From a virus, in IMG/VR virus record IMGVR_UViG_3300050015_000276, positions 96,001 through 160,000 of that record: DNA of 64,000 nucleotides. The stretch is one strand, 5' to 3'. The notes beneath the pieces are model-generated. The model worked only from the letters and a program-made list of their open reading frames with translations. It was not told the DNA's origin and made no database searches. The translations under genes and the position numbers were made by a program. The stretch's first letter is position 1; each line of letters begins with the position of its first letter. Shown one piece after another: positions 16,969 to 26,961 of the stretch.

Positions 16969-18674
16969 ATAACCAACCAAAGTATTATTATGATAGAAAT
17001 TCTTATATTATCGATGATTATAACATTAATAAAACTTTTGAAGAATTGTTGTTAATGTCAGTTACAGAATTTGAAGGGTGGGTTGACCACATGCGTTCAA
17101 GTGTTTTGAAGGTGTGGGATGAAAAAGGAATACCACCTCTTTCTGGAATGACTGAAGATGATATGTCTGAAGAATTCCGTAAAATGAGCGGAACGCCTGG
17201 TAAAACTATTTCATTATATAAACCAAAATCTGGAAGTACTAAGCCATATATTGATGAATTAGATGGTAAGGCTAATGTGATTATCAATGATGGTTATATG
17301 GGAAGTTGTGTAAATCAGTTCTTTCCAACAATGGCCCAGACAAAGATTAATTATCAGACAAAGATTAATGATGAAGGTAGTTTTTCTGGATATGCCGTAT
17401 ATGATCTTTTTGCTAATGATAAATTTCGAAATAGAATGCAAAAGGGATGTCGGAGACATTTTAAACGAGACTCATTCTACCGTTATTCAGCATCTATTCT
17501 CAAAAATAGTAATTTAGGGCTCGTACCAGCAGAAACCGGCAAAGAGTGGGTTCAATTATTTAAAAGAGATTTTGTCCGATTTGTAGATTATGGATATTGG
17601 CTCAATAGAGTAGAACCGACAGAAGAAGGTGAAACTGGTAGCGGATATACAGAAGTTGATGCTTCTAATTTCTTGTGGTTATCTAAAGCCGAGATTTTGG
17701 AATTATATCATTTAGGAATTATTAATGATGAAAATCTTACTAATTTGGTTGATTTGAGATCATATGAATTACTTCCTAAATTTGTTTGTTGGACTCCAGA
17801 ATTGGAATTAGAAAGACATTTGAAAGAGGATGAACAATATCATATTCGATTTTATAAGAAATCAACACGAATATTTCCAATAGGATTTACCGCTTTTAAA
17901 ATAGGTTACATACAAGTTGCAGTTAATTTTCCACCTATGATTGCTAAGTATTTGTATGAAAAATACACAGATAATTGTAAAGGACAGCATGTTATTAATG
18001 TTTACGACCCATCATCCGGATGGGGCGGCCGCATAGCTGGTGCTATGACAGTTCAGGAAGATCGGCATATTAATTATATTGGAACCGATCCGAATACAGA
18101 TAATTTTATTGATGAACTTGGTATTACTCGTTATGAGTATTTGGCACAATTTATTAATCAATCGCTTTCATCAGGATGGGGGTATGAACCTCATACTTAT
18201 GATGTTTATCAATTGGGTTCCGAAGTAATTGGAAAAGATAAGAAATTTAAAAAGTATAAAGGTAAATTAGATTTGGTGTTCACCTCTCCGCCATATTTTA
18301 ATCGTGAAGGTTATTCTGAAGATGAAACTCAATCTTTGAAGAAATTCCCTCAGTATGATGCCTGGCGAGAAGGATTTTTGAAGCCAACGCTGACAACAGC
18401 ATATACTTATTTAAAACCAGACCGGTATCTTTTATGGAATATTGCCGACATTAAAACATCTGAAGGATATTATCCTCTTGAACAAGATAGTAAAGATATT
18501 TTAAAATCTCTGGGAGCCGAATTTGTTGGAGTGGAAAAGATGGTTTTGGCAAATATGCCTGGAACTAATCGGGTAGGTGAAGATGGTAAACCTACATGCA
18601 AAAATTTCTGCAAAGTAAATGGTCGTTGGCATAAAACTGAATTGATTTTTATTTTTAGGAAACCAAAGATATAA
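16965..18674 (+). CDS. Large SAM-dependent DNA methyltransferase-like protein (N6A/N4C type)
   Basis: YDPSSGWGGR (motif I), IGTDPN, DLVFTSPPYF (motif IV). Confidence 0.78.
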   Translation: MNNQPKYYYDRNSYIIDDYNINKTFEELLLMSVTEFEGWVDHMRSSVLKVWDEKGIPPLSGMTEDDMSEEFRKMSGTPGKTISLYKPKSGSTKPYIDELDGKANVIINDGYMGSCVNQFFPTMAQTKINYQTKINDEGSFSGYAVYDLFANDKFRNRMQKGCRRHFKRDSFYRYSASILKNSNLGLVPAETGKEWVQLFKRDFVRFVDYGYWLNRVEPTEEGETGSGYTEVDASNFLWLSKAEILELYHLGIINDENLTNLVDLRSYELLPKFVCWTPELELERHLKEDEQYHIRFYKKSTRIFPIGFTAFKIGYIQVAVNFPPMIAKYLYEKYTDNCKGQHVINVYDPSSGWGGRIAGAMTVQEDRHINYIGTDPNTDNFIDELGITRYEYLAQFINQSLSSGWGYEPHTYDVYQLGSEVIGKDKKFKKYKGKLDLVFTSPPYFNREGYSEDETQSLKKFPQYDAWREGFLKPTLTTAYTYLKPDRYLLWNIADIKTSEGYYPLEQDSKDILKSLGAEFVGVEKMVLANMPGTNRVGEDGKPTCKNFCKVNGRWHKTELIFIFRKPKI

Positions 18675-18703
18675 TTGACATCCTAGAATTTTCTTGATAA
18701 AAT
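18675..18703 (+). promoter_or_regulatory. sigma70-type early promoter
   Basis: TTGACA-17-TAAAAT. Confidence 0.7.
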
Positions 18704-18710
18704 TGTTATT

Positions 18711-19184
18711 ATGAATATCTTTGTTTTGGATACTGATTTTGAAAAGTGTGCTAATTACATGGTAGATTCTCATGTGGTTAAAATGCCAACAGAACATACG
18801 CAGATTTTGTCCACAGTTTGTAGAGTTAATGGTTTAGATGTTGGAATGAAATCAACGCACCAACATCATCCCTGTACTTTGTGGGCCGGTAAATCTAAAC
18901 AAAATTATATTTGGTTACGTGATCTTACTCTGGTTATTGGTGAAGAATGGTGTACAAGATTTAATCATATTTGTGCGGATGAACATAAGAGTATTGCGGT
19001 ACTTAAAACTCTTCCAATACCAAATCTTCCTAATATTGGGTTGACAGAGCACGCATTGGCCATGCCGGAAGAATATCGGGAGTGTGATCCTGTTAAGGCC
19101 TATCGCAAATATTACATCGGAGCCAAACAGCATTTGGCTAAATGGAAGCACGGGATTACTCCTTCTTGGTATACAACCAAATAA
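18711..19184 (+). CDS. denV: Pyrimidine dimer DNA glycosylase (DenV/PF03013-like)
   Basis: MNIFVLD, D.HVVKM..E..QILST, TH.HHPCT.W. Confidence 0.75.
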   Translation: MNIFVLDTDFEKCANYMVDSHVVKMPTEHTQILSTVCRVNGLDVGMKSTHQHHPCTLWAGKSKQNYIWLRDLTLVIGEEWCTRFNHICADEHKSIAVLKTLPIPNLPNIGLTEHALAMPEEYRECDPVKAYRKYYIGAKQHLAKWKHGITPSWYTTK

Positions 19185-19238
19185 TAGTAATTATGATGAT
19201 TAAATTAAAGTTCGTTGATTTTTAGGAAACCAAAATAA

Positions 19239-20684
19239 ATGCAAAACCCCTTAGTATCCTGTATAACTGTTACGACCGCAAACCGTAAAGAATTCTTTCC
19301 GCAATTACTTCGTTGTTGGTGGGAACAGACATATCTAAACACGGAACTTGTAATTGTTTCGGAAGATGATATGTCTGATGTTATTCCAGTTCATCCGAGA
19401 ATTCGTTTTATTTCATGTCCATCCGGAACGTCCTTGGGACAAAAACGTAATATTGCATGTGAAAATTCTCAAGGTGAAATTATTGCTCATTTTGATGATG
19501 ATGATTGGAGTGCACCTATCCGAATTGAGGAATGTGTAAAGGCTTTAATTAAACATAAAGTCTTTATTACAGGTTATAGAAATGCTCGTTTCTATGAAGT
19601 TGATACTAAATTAACGCGTGTGTGGGATGGTGGTCCAAATCTTATTATTGGATCGAGTTTAGTATATGCTAAGAATTTTTGGCAAACTCATAAATTTGAA
19701 GATATTCCAACAGGAGAAGATCTTAAGTTTTTAGCATCTTCAGGTTTAATATATGCTATGAATGGTATGGAAAGAATGATTTTCCGAGATCATTCGAACA
19801 ATACGTGGCCACGTGCAGAAAAATATAATAAAGCTTGGAAAATTGTTGATTCTATTGAAACTCAAGAATTGTTATATAGTCAGAAACCTATTAAAATTGT
19901 AATGGGTATGTTGTCTTGGAATGATAAGGAAACAACACTCAATAATCTTGATACTTTATATGCTGAAGCAAAGAGATTACGACAATTTAATTTTGATTCG
20001 GAGGTTGTTGTAGTTGATAATGGATCTACTGATGGTACAAAACAGGCCCTTAGAAAAGTAAAGAATATTCATGTTATATCCAATAAAACTAATTTGGGTA
20101 TTGCGCCGGCTCGTAATCAATTGTTTGAATATGCCAAAGTCTTCGATTCGGAATTTACATTTTCTGTAGATTGTGATATTGCTGTAGTTCCATTTTCAGT
20201 TTTAGAAATGCTACGTTGGTTACGTTTACGGGCGAATATTGCAGCGTGTATTGGAACTGAATGGGATTTATGCACTGAAGATCCAACAAAAGTGGCCACT
20301 TGGTGTCCTACTATTACTATTAATACGCACATTCAACCACATCAGGCACCATTAGGATATGGTTTGTGGTTTACAAATGTTTTGAATCGATATAGATTTG
20401 ATGAACGATTTGGACCTGGTTGGGGTGGGGAAGATAATGATTTAGCATTGACAATTGAGTCTGAAACATATTTGAAAATGTTTGTATTTCCTTTAAAGTA
20501 TTTACATTTACATCCACATAAATCTATAGATTTACTTAAAGTTGATGGTGTGGATCCTGAAAAGGTTGTTCGTGAACGCTACCAAATACTTATTGATAAA
20601 TGGGTAGAAATTCCAGAGTTTAAACCTTTTATTAAAAGGTTAGTGCAATCTAAGAATTTGGAAAGTAATATTTTACCAACATGA
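19239..20684 (+). CDS. Tandem two-domain family 2 glycosyltransferase
   Basis: PLVSCI, HFDDDDW, GED; second domain VVVDNGSTDG, VDCD, GWGGEDNDL. Confidence 0.82.
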   Translation: MQNPLVSCITVTTANRKEFFPQLLRCWWEQTYLNTELVIVSEDDMSDVIPVHPRIRFISCPSGTSLGQKRNIACENSQGEIIAHFDDDDWSAPIRIEECVKALIKHKVFITGYRNARFYEVDTKLTRVWDGGPNLIIGSSLVYAKNFWQTHKFEDIPTGEDLKFLASSGLIYAMNGMERMIFRDHSNNTWPRAEKYNKAWKIVDSIETQELLYSQKPIKIVMGMLSWNDKETTLNNLDTLYAEAKRLRQFNFDSEVVVVDNGSTDGTKQALRKVKNIHVISNKTNLGIAPARNQLFEYAKVFDSEFTFSVDCDIAVVPFSVLEMLRWLRLRANIAACIGTEWDLCTEDPTKVATWCPTITINTHIQPHQAPLGYGLWFTNVLNRYRFDERFGPGWGGEDNDLALTIESETYLKMFVFPLKYLHLHPHKSIDLLKVDGVDPEKVVRERYQILIDKWVEIPEFKPFIKRLVQSKNLESNILPT

Positions 20685-21397
20685 AACCTATAATTTGGGT
20701 TTATTGGGAAAATAAACCAGGACAGTCTGATCCATTAATAGTTCAGAGATGCAAAGAGATTTTTAGACAATATAAAAATGTAATTATTCTCAATGAAAAT
20801 ACAATTAAAAATTATGTGAATTTGATAGATTGTAGTCATATAAAAATTCTAGCATATAAAGGTGATTATTATCGTGCCAAATTACTTTCTGAATATGGTG
20901 GAATTTGGTTTGATGCTGATTCTATTTTGTTGGATGATTTTAGTGATTTGTATGATCAATTATTAAATAGTGATTTTGAGATGTGCGCAGAGAATTCGGC
21001 CGAAAGTTGTAGTCCATCTTGTTTGTTATTTAAACCTAAAAGTGTTATTGCGAAGAAATGGAGTTTATATTGTGAAGAAATGATACTTGCTGGAAAATGT
21101 ATGGATTTAAATGATTGGGGACAACTTGCTGGATATGCTCTTGCTAGAATTATTAAAGAAACTAATAATAGTGTGATGGAATTTCCTGGAAGATATATGT
21201 TTTCTCTTGGTTACGAAAATAGAATTTTTATGAATTATTATAGTCAAGATGCCAGATATATTAAACAACAATTGCAACAAATTAAAACACAAGGAGCCAA
21301 AGTTATCACATTATATGGTACGTTTATGTATAATCTTATTATACCAAACCAATGCTTATTAGAACAGATGTGGACAATGGCAAAAATAAATGAATAA
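20681..21397 (+). CDS. DXD glycosyltransferase (capsular polysaccharide synthesis PF05704/GT32-like)
   Basis: IWVYWE, DYYRAKLLSEYGGIWFDAD. Confidence 0.75.
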   Translation: MKPIIWVYWENKPGQSDPLIVQRCKEIFRQYKNVIILNENTIKNYVNLIDCSHIKILAYKGDYYRAKLLSEYGGIWFDADSILLDDFSDLYDQLLNSDFEMCAENSAESCSPSCLLFKPKSVIAKKWSLYCEEMILAGKCMDLNDWGQLAGYALARIIKETNNSVMEFPGRYMFSLGYENRIFMNYYSQDARYIKQQLQQIKTQGAKVITLYGTFMYNLIIPNQCLLEQMWTMAKINE

Positions 21398-21961
21398 TAA
21401 CGAAGATGTTTCGGTATCGGGTGTTGGTTCCTCTCGGGCCGCTACTAAAAAATTAGATTAGAAATTCCTGAATTATTAAAAACTTTTAAGGTTAAGACAT
21501 TATTGGATTTACCGTGTGGGGATTATCATTGGATGCAACATGTTAATTTGTACGGTATATTGTATACTGGGGCCGATATAAATGAGGAAAGAATTGTGGA
21601 TAACAAACAAAAGTATCCAGAAATTCACTTTGAAGTATTAGATATTACTTCAGATCCTCTTCCTAAAAGTGATGTTGTTTTGGTGAGAGATTGTTTGGTT
21701 CATTTGGACAATAAGAGTATTTGGAAGACTATCAAAAATCTGAAGAAGAGTGGATCAACATATCTATTAACTACGAATTTTCCAGTCATTATTCATTCTA
21801 CTTTAAATAATAATATTAAAACCGGTGGTTGGCGTCCATTAAATTTTCAATTAAAACCTTTTAATTTTCCAGAACCTATTGGCGTGATTGTAGAGAATTG
21901 TACTGAGGAACCTTGGATTGATAAATCATTGTGCCTTTGGAAAATTGAAAATCTTTCTTGA
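21390..21961 (+). pseudogene. Class I SAM-dependent methyltransferase with a frameshift at an A6 run (~21455); possibly a sequencing deletion
   Basis: SVSGVGSS in frame 1 joins (K)IRLEIPELLK...LLDLPCGD after adding one A; span 572 nt. Confidence 0.7.
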
Positions 21962-21986
21962 CATTTAATTGTGTTTGTGATATACT
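21958..21986 (+). promoter_or_regulatory. sigma70-type early promoter
   Basis: TTGACA-17-TATACT. Confidence 0.72.
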
Positions 21987-21992
21987 TTATGT

Positions 21993-22841
21993 ATGGTACC
22001 TTTGAAGAATCGAAATCGAAAGGCGTATTCATTCGCCAATATTAATTTATTGGGAAAATGTAATGCTGATTGTTATTTTTGTCTCGGTAAAGATATTCCT
22101 TCTGAATTGGTCGGAAAGAATCAACTTTCGGTTCATTTTACACAATGGAAGAATTTTAAGAGTTTCTTAACGCAGTGCCGAGATAATGACATTTCGAAAT
22201 TATATTTAACTGGACAAACGGCCGACGGACTTCAATATGTTTACCTAGATGAATTAATTGATTATCTTCAGGATAAATGTGGATTTTCTGTTGGTATTCG
22301 AACGAATGGTTATCTCGCTTTAAAAAGGATGACAACCATTCGTAAGATGAAAGATGAAATCGGGTACAGTATTCACACCCTGAATTGTACTAATAATAAC
22401 CTTATTATGGGTAGACGAGATTTGCCAGAGTGGAATAAGATTATACCACAAAGTGGTGATAATGTACGAGTTGCCATTGTATTGAATCGTTATAATGTTT
22501 TAGAATTTTATTCTCTTTGTGAATATATTTCTCAATTTCCAAATGTTAATTATATTCAGGTTCGCCGGGTTTCAACAGATACTCGAATGGTATTTCTTAA
22601 TGAAGATATTGATATTTTTGAAAAGTTTTACCAATGCTTTATTTCTTACAATAAACCTATCCGCGAATATTATGGTGCTCCTATTTTCAAACTTTTTGGT
22701 AAGGATATTGTATTTTGGAGAACAGTTGAGACTTCAATAAATTCCTTAAACTACTTTACAGACGGAACGTGTTCCGATGAGTATTTTGTGGTAGAAGGAT
22801 ATCTTAAGAATCAGGATGTAAATAATGCAGAAGGCACTTAG
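21993..22841 (+). CDS. Radical SAM protein
   Basis: CNADCYFC (CxxxCxxC) near the N-terminus; RTNG. Confidence 0.78.
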   Translation: MVPLKNRNRKAYSFANINLLGKCNADCYFCLGKDIPSELVGKNQLSVHFTQWKNFKSFLTQCRDNDISKLYLTGQTADGLQYVYLDELIDYLQDKCGFSVGIRTNGYLALKRMTTIRKMKDEIGYSIHTLNCTNNNLIMGRRDLPEWNKIIPQSGDNVRVAIVLNRYNVLEFYSLCEYISQFPNVNYIQVRRVSTDTRMVFLNEDIDIFEKFYQCFISYNKPIREYYGAPIFKLFGKDIVFWRTVETSINSLNYFTDGTCSDEYFVVEGYLKNQDVNNAEGT

Positions 22842-23871
22842 TTTTGATGATACACTATTAGTTCCAAAAAGAACATTTGGTGGCAGTCGTGGGCAGGTTG
22901 ATATATCCACAAATATTTGTGGATATAATATGAAAATTCCTATTTTTTCGGCTAATATGTCTTCGGTAACTGAATCAGAAATGGCTATTGCAATGCGGCG
23001 AAATGGTGGCCTTGGAGTTCTTCATCGAATGTGTGATCCTGCCGAAAATATTAAAATGGTGAAAAATGTGTATTTGGGACTTTCAGAAGACGACTATACT
23101 AAAACTCCAGTATTTGTTTCTTTGCCATCTAATGGATTTGATGCTCTCAATAGAATAAAGGATACTCTTGAATTTAAACCTTATGGTTATTGCATAGATG
23201 TAGCACATGCTGATTCTCCTGATGTGGAAGAAACTGTAAAACGAATTATACAAGAATATCCGGAATTAAATTTGATTGTTGGTAATTATGCGACACCCGA
23301 AGGTATTAGAAATCTTATCAATATAATTGATAAAAAAGATCTTTCTAGAGTTGCATTTAAAGTGGGAATTGGTAGCGGAAGCCAATGTTCTACACGTATT
23401 GTTACCGGTTGTGGTATTCCTACATTAGAAAGTATATTTCGAATTAGAAATAATGATTATATACCAAAAGATATTAAATTGATTGCTGATGGTGGAATTC
23501 GTAATTCTGGTGATATTGTAAAAGTTTTGGCCTCTGGCGCGGATGCAGTTATGTTAGGTAGTTTGTTGGCTGGAACTAAAGAGGCTCCCGGTAATGTTAT
23601 TAAAAATTCTGGTGGTCTTTATAAGATTTATAGAGGCAGCGCCTCATATGGACAGAAGTTTGAAGTGGGAAAACAAGGATATATTGAAGGAACAGAAACT
23701 TTAGTGCCATACAAAGGCCATGTTACAACTATTCTTACTCAATTGGTAGAGGGAATCAAATCAGGATTTTCCTATTGTGGTTCCCTTAATCTTGAAGAAT
23801 TGCAAGATAATGCGGAATTTGTCGAAATATCAAATGCTGGATATAGAGAAAGTACACCTCATGGGGTTTAA
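22825..23871 (+). CDS. guaB: IMP dehydrogenase / GMP reductase (CBS-less)
   Basis: LSFDD.LLVP, SANM..VTE, GIGSGSQCSTR (catalytic Cys), IADGGI, GAD.VMLGSLLAG; IMPDH versus GMPR not resolved. Confidence 0.8.
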   Translation: MQKALSFDDTLLVPKRTFGGSRGQVDISTNICGYNMKIPIFSANMSSVTESEMAIAMRRNGGLGVLHRMCDPAENIKMVKNVYLGLSEDDYTKTPVFVSLPSNGFDALNRIKDTLEFKPYGYCIDVAHADSPDVEETVKRIIQEYPELNLIVGNYATPEGIRNLINIIDKKDLSRVAFKVGIGSGSQCSTRIVTGCGIPTLESIFRIRNNDYIPKDIKLIADGGIRNSGDIVKVLASGADAVMLGSLLAGTKEAPGNVIKNSGGLYKIYRGSASYGQKFEVGKQGYIEGTETLVPYKGHVTTILTQLVEGIKSGFSYCGSLNLEELQDNAEFVEISNAGYRESTPHGV

Positions 23872-23873
23872 AT

Positions 23874-24065
23874 ATGACAGTAAAAGAACGATATGAAGAG
23901 TGGTTGCGGCGAGCAAATAAAATTGCCGAAGATTTGGAAATTGAAATAAATTTCACTGTAGAAGTTCGAGATTATACACCAGAAGCCTGTGTGGACGTTT
24001 GTCAAAAATATACAGATTGTGGTTTTTATTCAAAACCTGGCAATACTTATATTAATTGTTGTTGA
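23874..24065 (+). CDS. Hypothetical protein
   Basis: Short coupled ORF. Confidence 0.5.
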   Translation: MTVKERYEEWLRRANKIAEDLEIEINFTVEVRDYTPEACVDVCQKYTDCGFYSKPGNTYINCC

Positions 24066-24090
24066 CATTCCCGGTCGTTTGTGCTAACAT
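24062..24090 (+). promoter_or_regulatory. sigma70-type early promoter
   Basis: TTGACA-17-TAACAT with TG extension. Confidence 0.65.
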
Positions 24091-24096
24091 ATTAGT

Positions 24097-26415
24097 ATGT
24101 CTGAAGAAACTAATATTGTAAATGTCCAAGCTAAAAAACTCCTGGCTCGATTGTTAGTAACGGAAGCTATAACAGTTATTCATGCAGGAACTAGGACAGC
24201 ATCATTTGATCCAAAACGAAGAATATTGACTCTTCCAATTTGGAAAACAATGAGTGGCGACCTTTATGACCTTTTTGTTCTTCATGAAGTATCTCATGCA
24301 CTTTATACTCCACAAGGAAGTAAACCTTTAATTGATGCGTGTAACCGGGTTGCTTCCAAATATCCAAAAGCAGCAAAAAGATTTGTTAATATTGTGGAAG
24401 ATGCCAGGATTGAACGACTTATTAAAGTAACATATCCGGGTGGTCGTGGTGCATTTATTCGTGGTTATACGGAACTGGTTGAACGTGATTTCTTCGGCAC
24501 AAAAGGAAGAGATATAAACGATTTTGGTATCATTGATAGGATAAACATTTATTTCAAAACTGGTAATAATGATATTCAGTTTACTGATTACGAAATGCAA
24601 TTTATTCATGATATTGAAAAGGTTTTAACTTTCGATGAAGTTATTGGAATTTGTGAAAGATTGTATACTTATGCCAAAGAGGAAAGAGATAAGAAAAAGG
24701 CTGAATCAGAAGAGGACTGCCAAGAAACAGAGAATGACGATCCAGAATCTGGAAATGAAGAATTGGATCCAAATTCTAAAACCTCAAAATCTTCCATGAA
24801 TGATTCGGAAGATGACGACGATTCTGATGTAGATGTCGATCCAGATACGGATGATGACGAAGATATACCGGATGAAAATGATGAATCTATACCGGATGAA
24901 AATGAAGAAACTTCAGGAGATGCTGATAATGGCGAAGAAACTAATTCGGACGAAAAGACCGATGAGGACAAGAAACCCGAAAAAGCCTTTAAAGACTCTG
25001 AAGCCGAAGCACCCAAAATAAATGATGATCCTATTGAATCTGTAACAGATAAAACTTGGGAAGAAAAACAGGAAGAGTTGTGTGATTTATATGCACGTCC
25101 AATTCGGTATTTGGGTATTCCTAAACCAATATTAGAAAATATAATTGTTCCTTATAAGAAAGTTCATTCTAATATTCGAAAACATTATTTGAATGCTGGT
25201 GTAGGTTTTGTAACGAGTCATTCAGAAGAATTTGCACGTTTCAAAGATGAAAATAAAACAGTTGTTGATTGGCTTATTAAAGAATTTGAAATGCGTAAGG
25301 CTGCCAATCAATATTCTAGATCATTATCTGCTAAGACTGGTATATTGGATATGAATAAATTGAACCAGTATAGGTTTGCGGATGATATCATGAAGAAGGT
25401 GACTTCAATTATTGGTGGAAAGAATCATGCGCTTGAGATATTTGTTGACTGGTCAGGTTCTATGGTCCAACATGCATTGGGAACAATACATCAATTAATA
25501 AATATTGCGATGTTTTGTCGTAAAGAACAAATACCATTTAATGCTTATACTTTTGGTGCCGAGACTGTCCATAGCCAAGAACTCAGAGGTAAAACAGGTC
25601 AGTGTGGCAATGCTGATGTTTTCCAATTTGAAATTGAGGATTTTGGTTTCTTTTATGGTTTTTCTTTACACCAAGTGCTTTCGAGTACAATGTCCGCAAT
25701 GGAATTTAATGATGCATGTATTAATTTATTCATGATGGCATCTTCTTGTGGTTCGGGACAAAGAGGACTTCCAAAAGCTGAAAAAATGAGTGGAACACCT
25801 TTGAATGAAGCCATTGTTTCTGCCATTGAAATTGTAAATCGCCTTCGTAAGAAAACTAATATTCAAGTTATAAATACAGTTTTTATTACTGATGGTGAGG
25901 CAACTACAGATGGCCGGTATATTCACGAAGTTAAAACATTATTTGAAACCACCTATATTGATTATGGAAAAGAAGATGTGTTTTTGCGAGATTCAGTAAC
26001 ACATATAGATTATCCGTTAAGCAATATAAAAAGGGATACTACAAAGGCATTTCTTCAAATATTTCGAAATAGAACTAAGACTAATGTAATTGGGTTTTTT
26101 ATTTCGGGAGGTGACAAATATAGTCAAAAGATTGACATCGCTACATTATATCCAGAACGTTGGGGTAAAGGTGAATTTGAACAAAATAAAATTGAAAAGG
26201 AATTAGAAGAAAATAATTTTGTTCTCGTGCCAAATATGGGTTATACTGAATTTTATATAATTCCTGGTGGAAGAGAATTACGAATTTCTTTACCAGGTTC
26301 ACCGTTAACTGGAATTATGGGAAATGGAAAAATGGTTACGGCGATGTCTGCACATGGTTTAAAGCAACGAAAGCAACGAATTTGTTTGAACCGTTTTATA
26401 AAAATTATTTCATAA
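24097..26415 (+). CDS. HExxH metallopeptidase-like plus vWA (CobT-like) protein
   Basis: LHEVSHALYT, NIVEDARIE, acidic linker, DWSGSM MIDAS, GTPLNEA, VFITDGE. Confidence 0.8.
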   Translation: MSEETNIVNVQAKKLLARLLVTEAITVIHAGTRTASFDPKRRILTLPIWKTMSGDLYDLFVLHEVSHALYTPQGSKPLIDACNRVASKYPKAAKRFVNIVEDARIERLIKVTYPGGRGAFIRGYTELVERDFFGTKGRDINDFGIIDRINIYFKTGNNDIQFTDYEMQFIHDIEKVLTFDEVIGICERLYTYAKEERDKKKAESEEDCQETENDDPESGNEELDPNSKTSKSSMNDSEDDDDSDVDVDPDTDDDEDIPDENDESIPDENEETSGDADNGEETNSDEKTDEDKKPEKAFKDSEAEAPKINDDPIESVTDKTWEEKQEELCDLYARPIRYLGIPKPILENIIVPYKKVHSNIRKHYLNAGVGFVTSHSEEFARFKDENKTVVDWLIKEFEMRKAANQYSRSLSAKTGILDMNKLNQYRFADDIMKKVTSIIGGKNHALEIFVDWSGSMVQHALGTIHQLINIAMFCRKEQIPFNAYTFGAETVHSQELRGKTGQCGNADVFQFEIEDFGFFYGFSLHQVLSSTMSAMEFNDACINLFMMASSCGSGQRGLPKAEKMSGTPLNEAIVSAIEIVNRLRKKTNIQVINTVFITDGEATTDGRYIHEVKTLFETTYIDYGKEDVFLRDSVTHIDYPLSNIKRDTTKAFLQIFRNRTKTNVIGFFISGGDKYSQKIDIATLYPERWGKGEFEQNKIEKELEENNFVLVPNMGYTEFYIIPGGRELRISLPGSPLTGIMGNGKMVTAMSAHGLKQRKQRICLNRFIKIIS

Positions 26416-26483
26416 AGGTCTTGCTTTTTAGACCAAAATGTAGTACAATAGTAATGATGAAAGGTATACAAGAAGGTTAATGA

Positions 26484-26936
26484 ATGGCAAAAGATAAAGT
26501 TGTTAATAAGAATCAACCAAAGAGTTTGACTTCCGCACAACATATGTTTGTGGAGCAACTTCAGGCGCGTTTTGGTGAGCAATTTACAAATGTTAAACGC
26601 AATGAATTGTTGAAGGCATCTCAAGATATTTTGAAGGCCGCTACAATTCCAGCTTGGATTGCAAGAAATTTGAAAGTTCGTAATAAGGAGAAGCGTGGAA
26701 GATATGATCTTAGTGTACTTCTTAAGTTGCCTGTTGTAGCCTTTGAAGAGGTGAAGACGGCAAAAGTAAAGAAGACTCCTAAGGTTGTTGCAAAGAAGGC
26801 TACTAAGGCACCTAAGGTTCCAAAAACTACTAAGAAAACTAAAGAAACAGGGATTGTTGATACTGAGACGGCATTGGCAGATTTAAATACGCCGGCAATT
26901 CAAGATGATCCTTTTTCCGAAGAAATAGCCGAGTAA
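26484..26936 (+). CDS. Hypothetical Lys-rich protein
   Basis: ORF with KK/AK-rich C-terminal half. Confidence 0.65.
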   Translation: MAKDKVVNKNQPKSLTSAQHMFVEQLQARFGEQFTNVKRNELLKASQDILKAATIPAWIARNLKVRNKEKRGRYDLSVLLKLPVVAFEEVKTAKVKKTPKVVAKKATKAPKVPKTTKKTKETGIVDTETALADLNTPAIQDDPFSEEIAE

Positions 26937-26961
26937 TACCATTTATATTGGCGAGTAATAT

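Noticed and set aside
21993-22841. Viperin or QueE assignment for the radical SAM protein
   Set aside because: It lacks the GGEP motif and other family-specific features.
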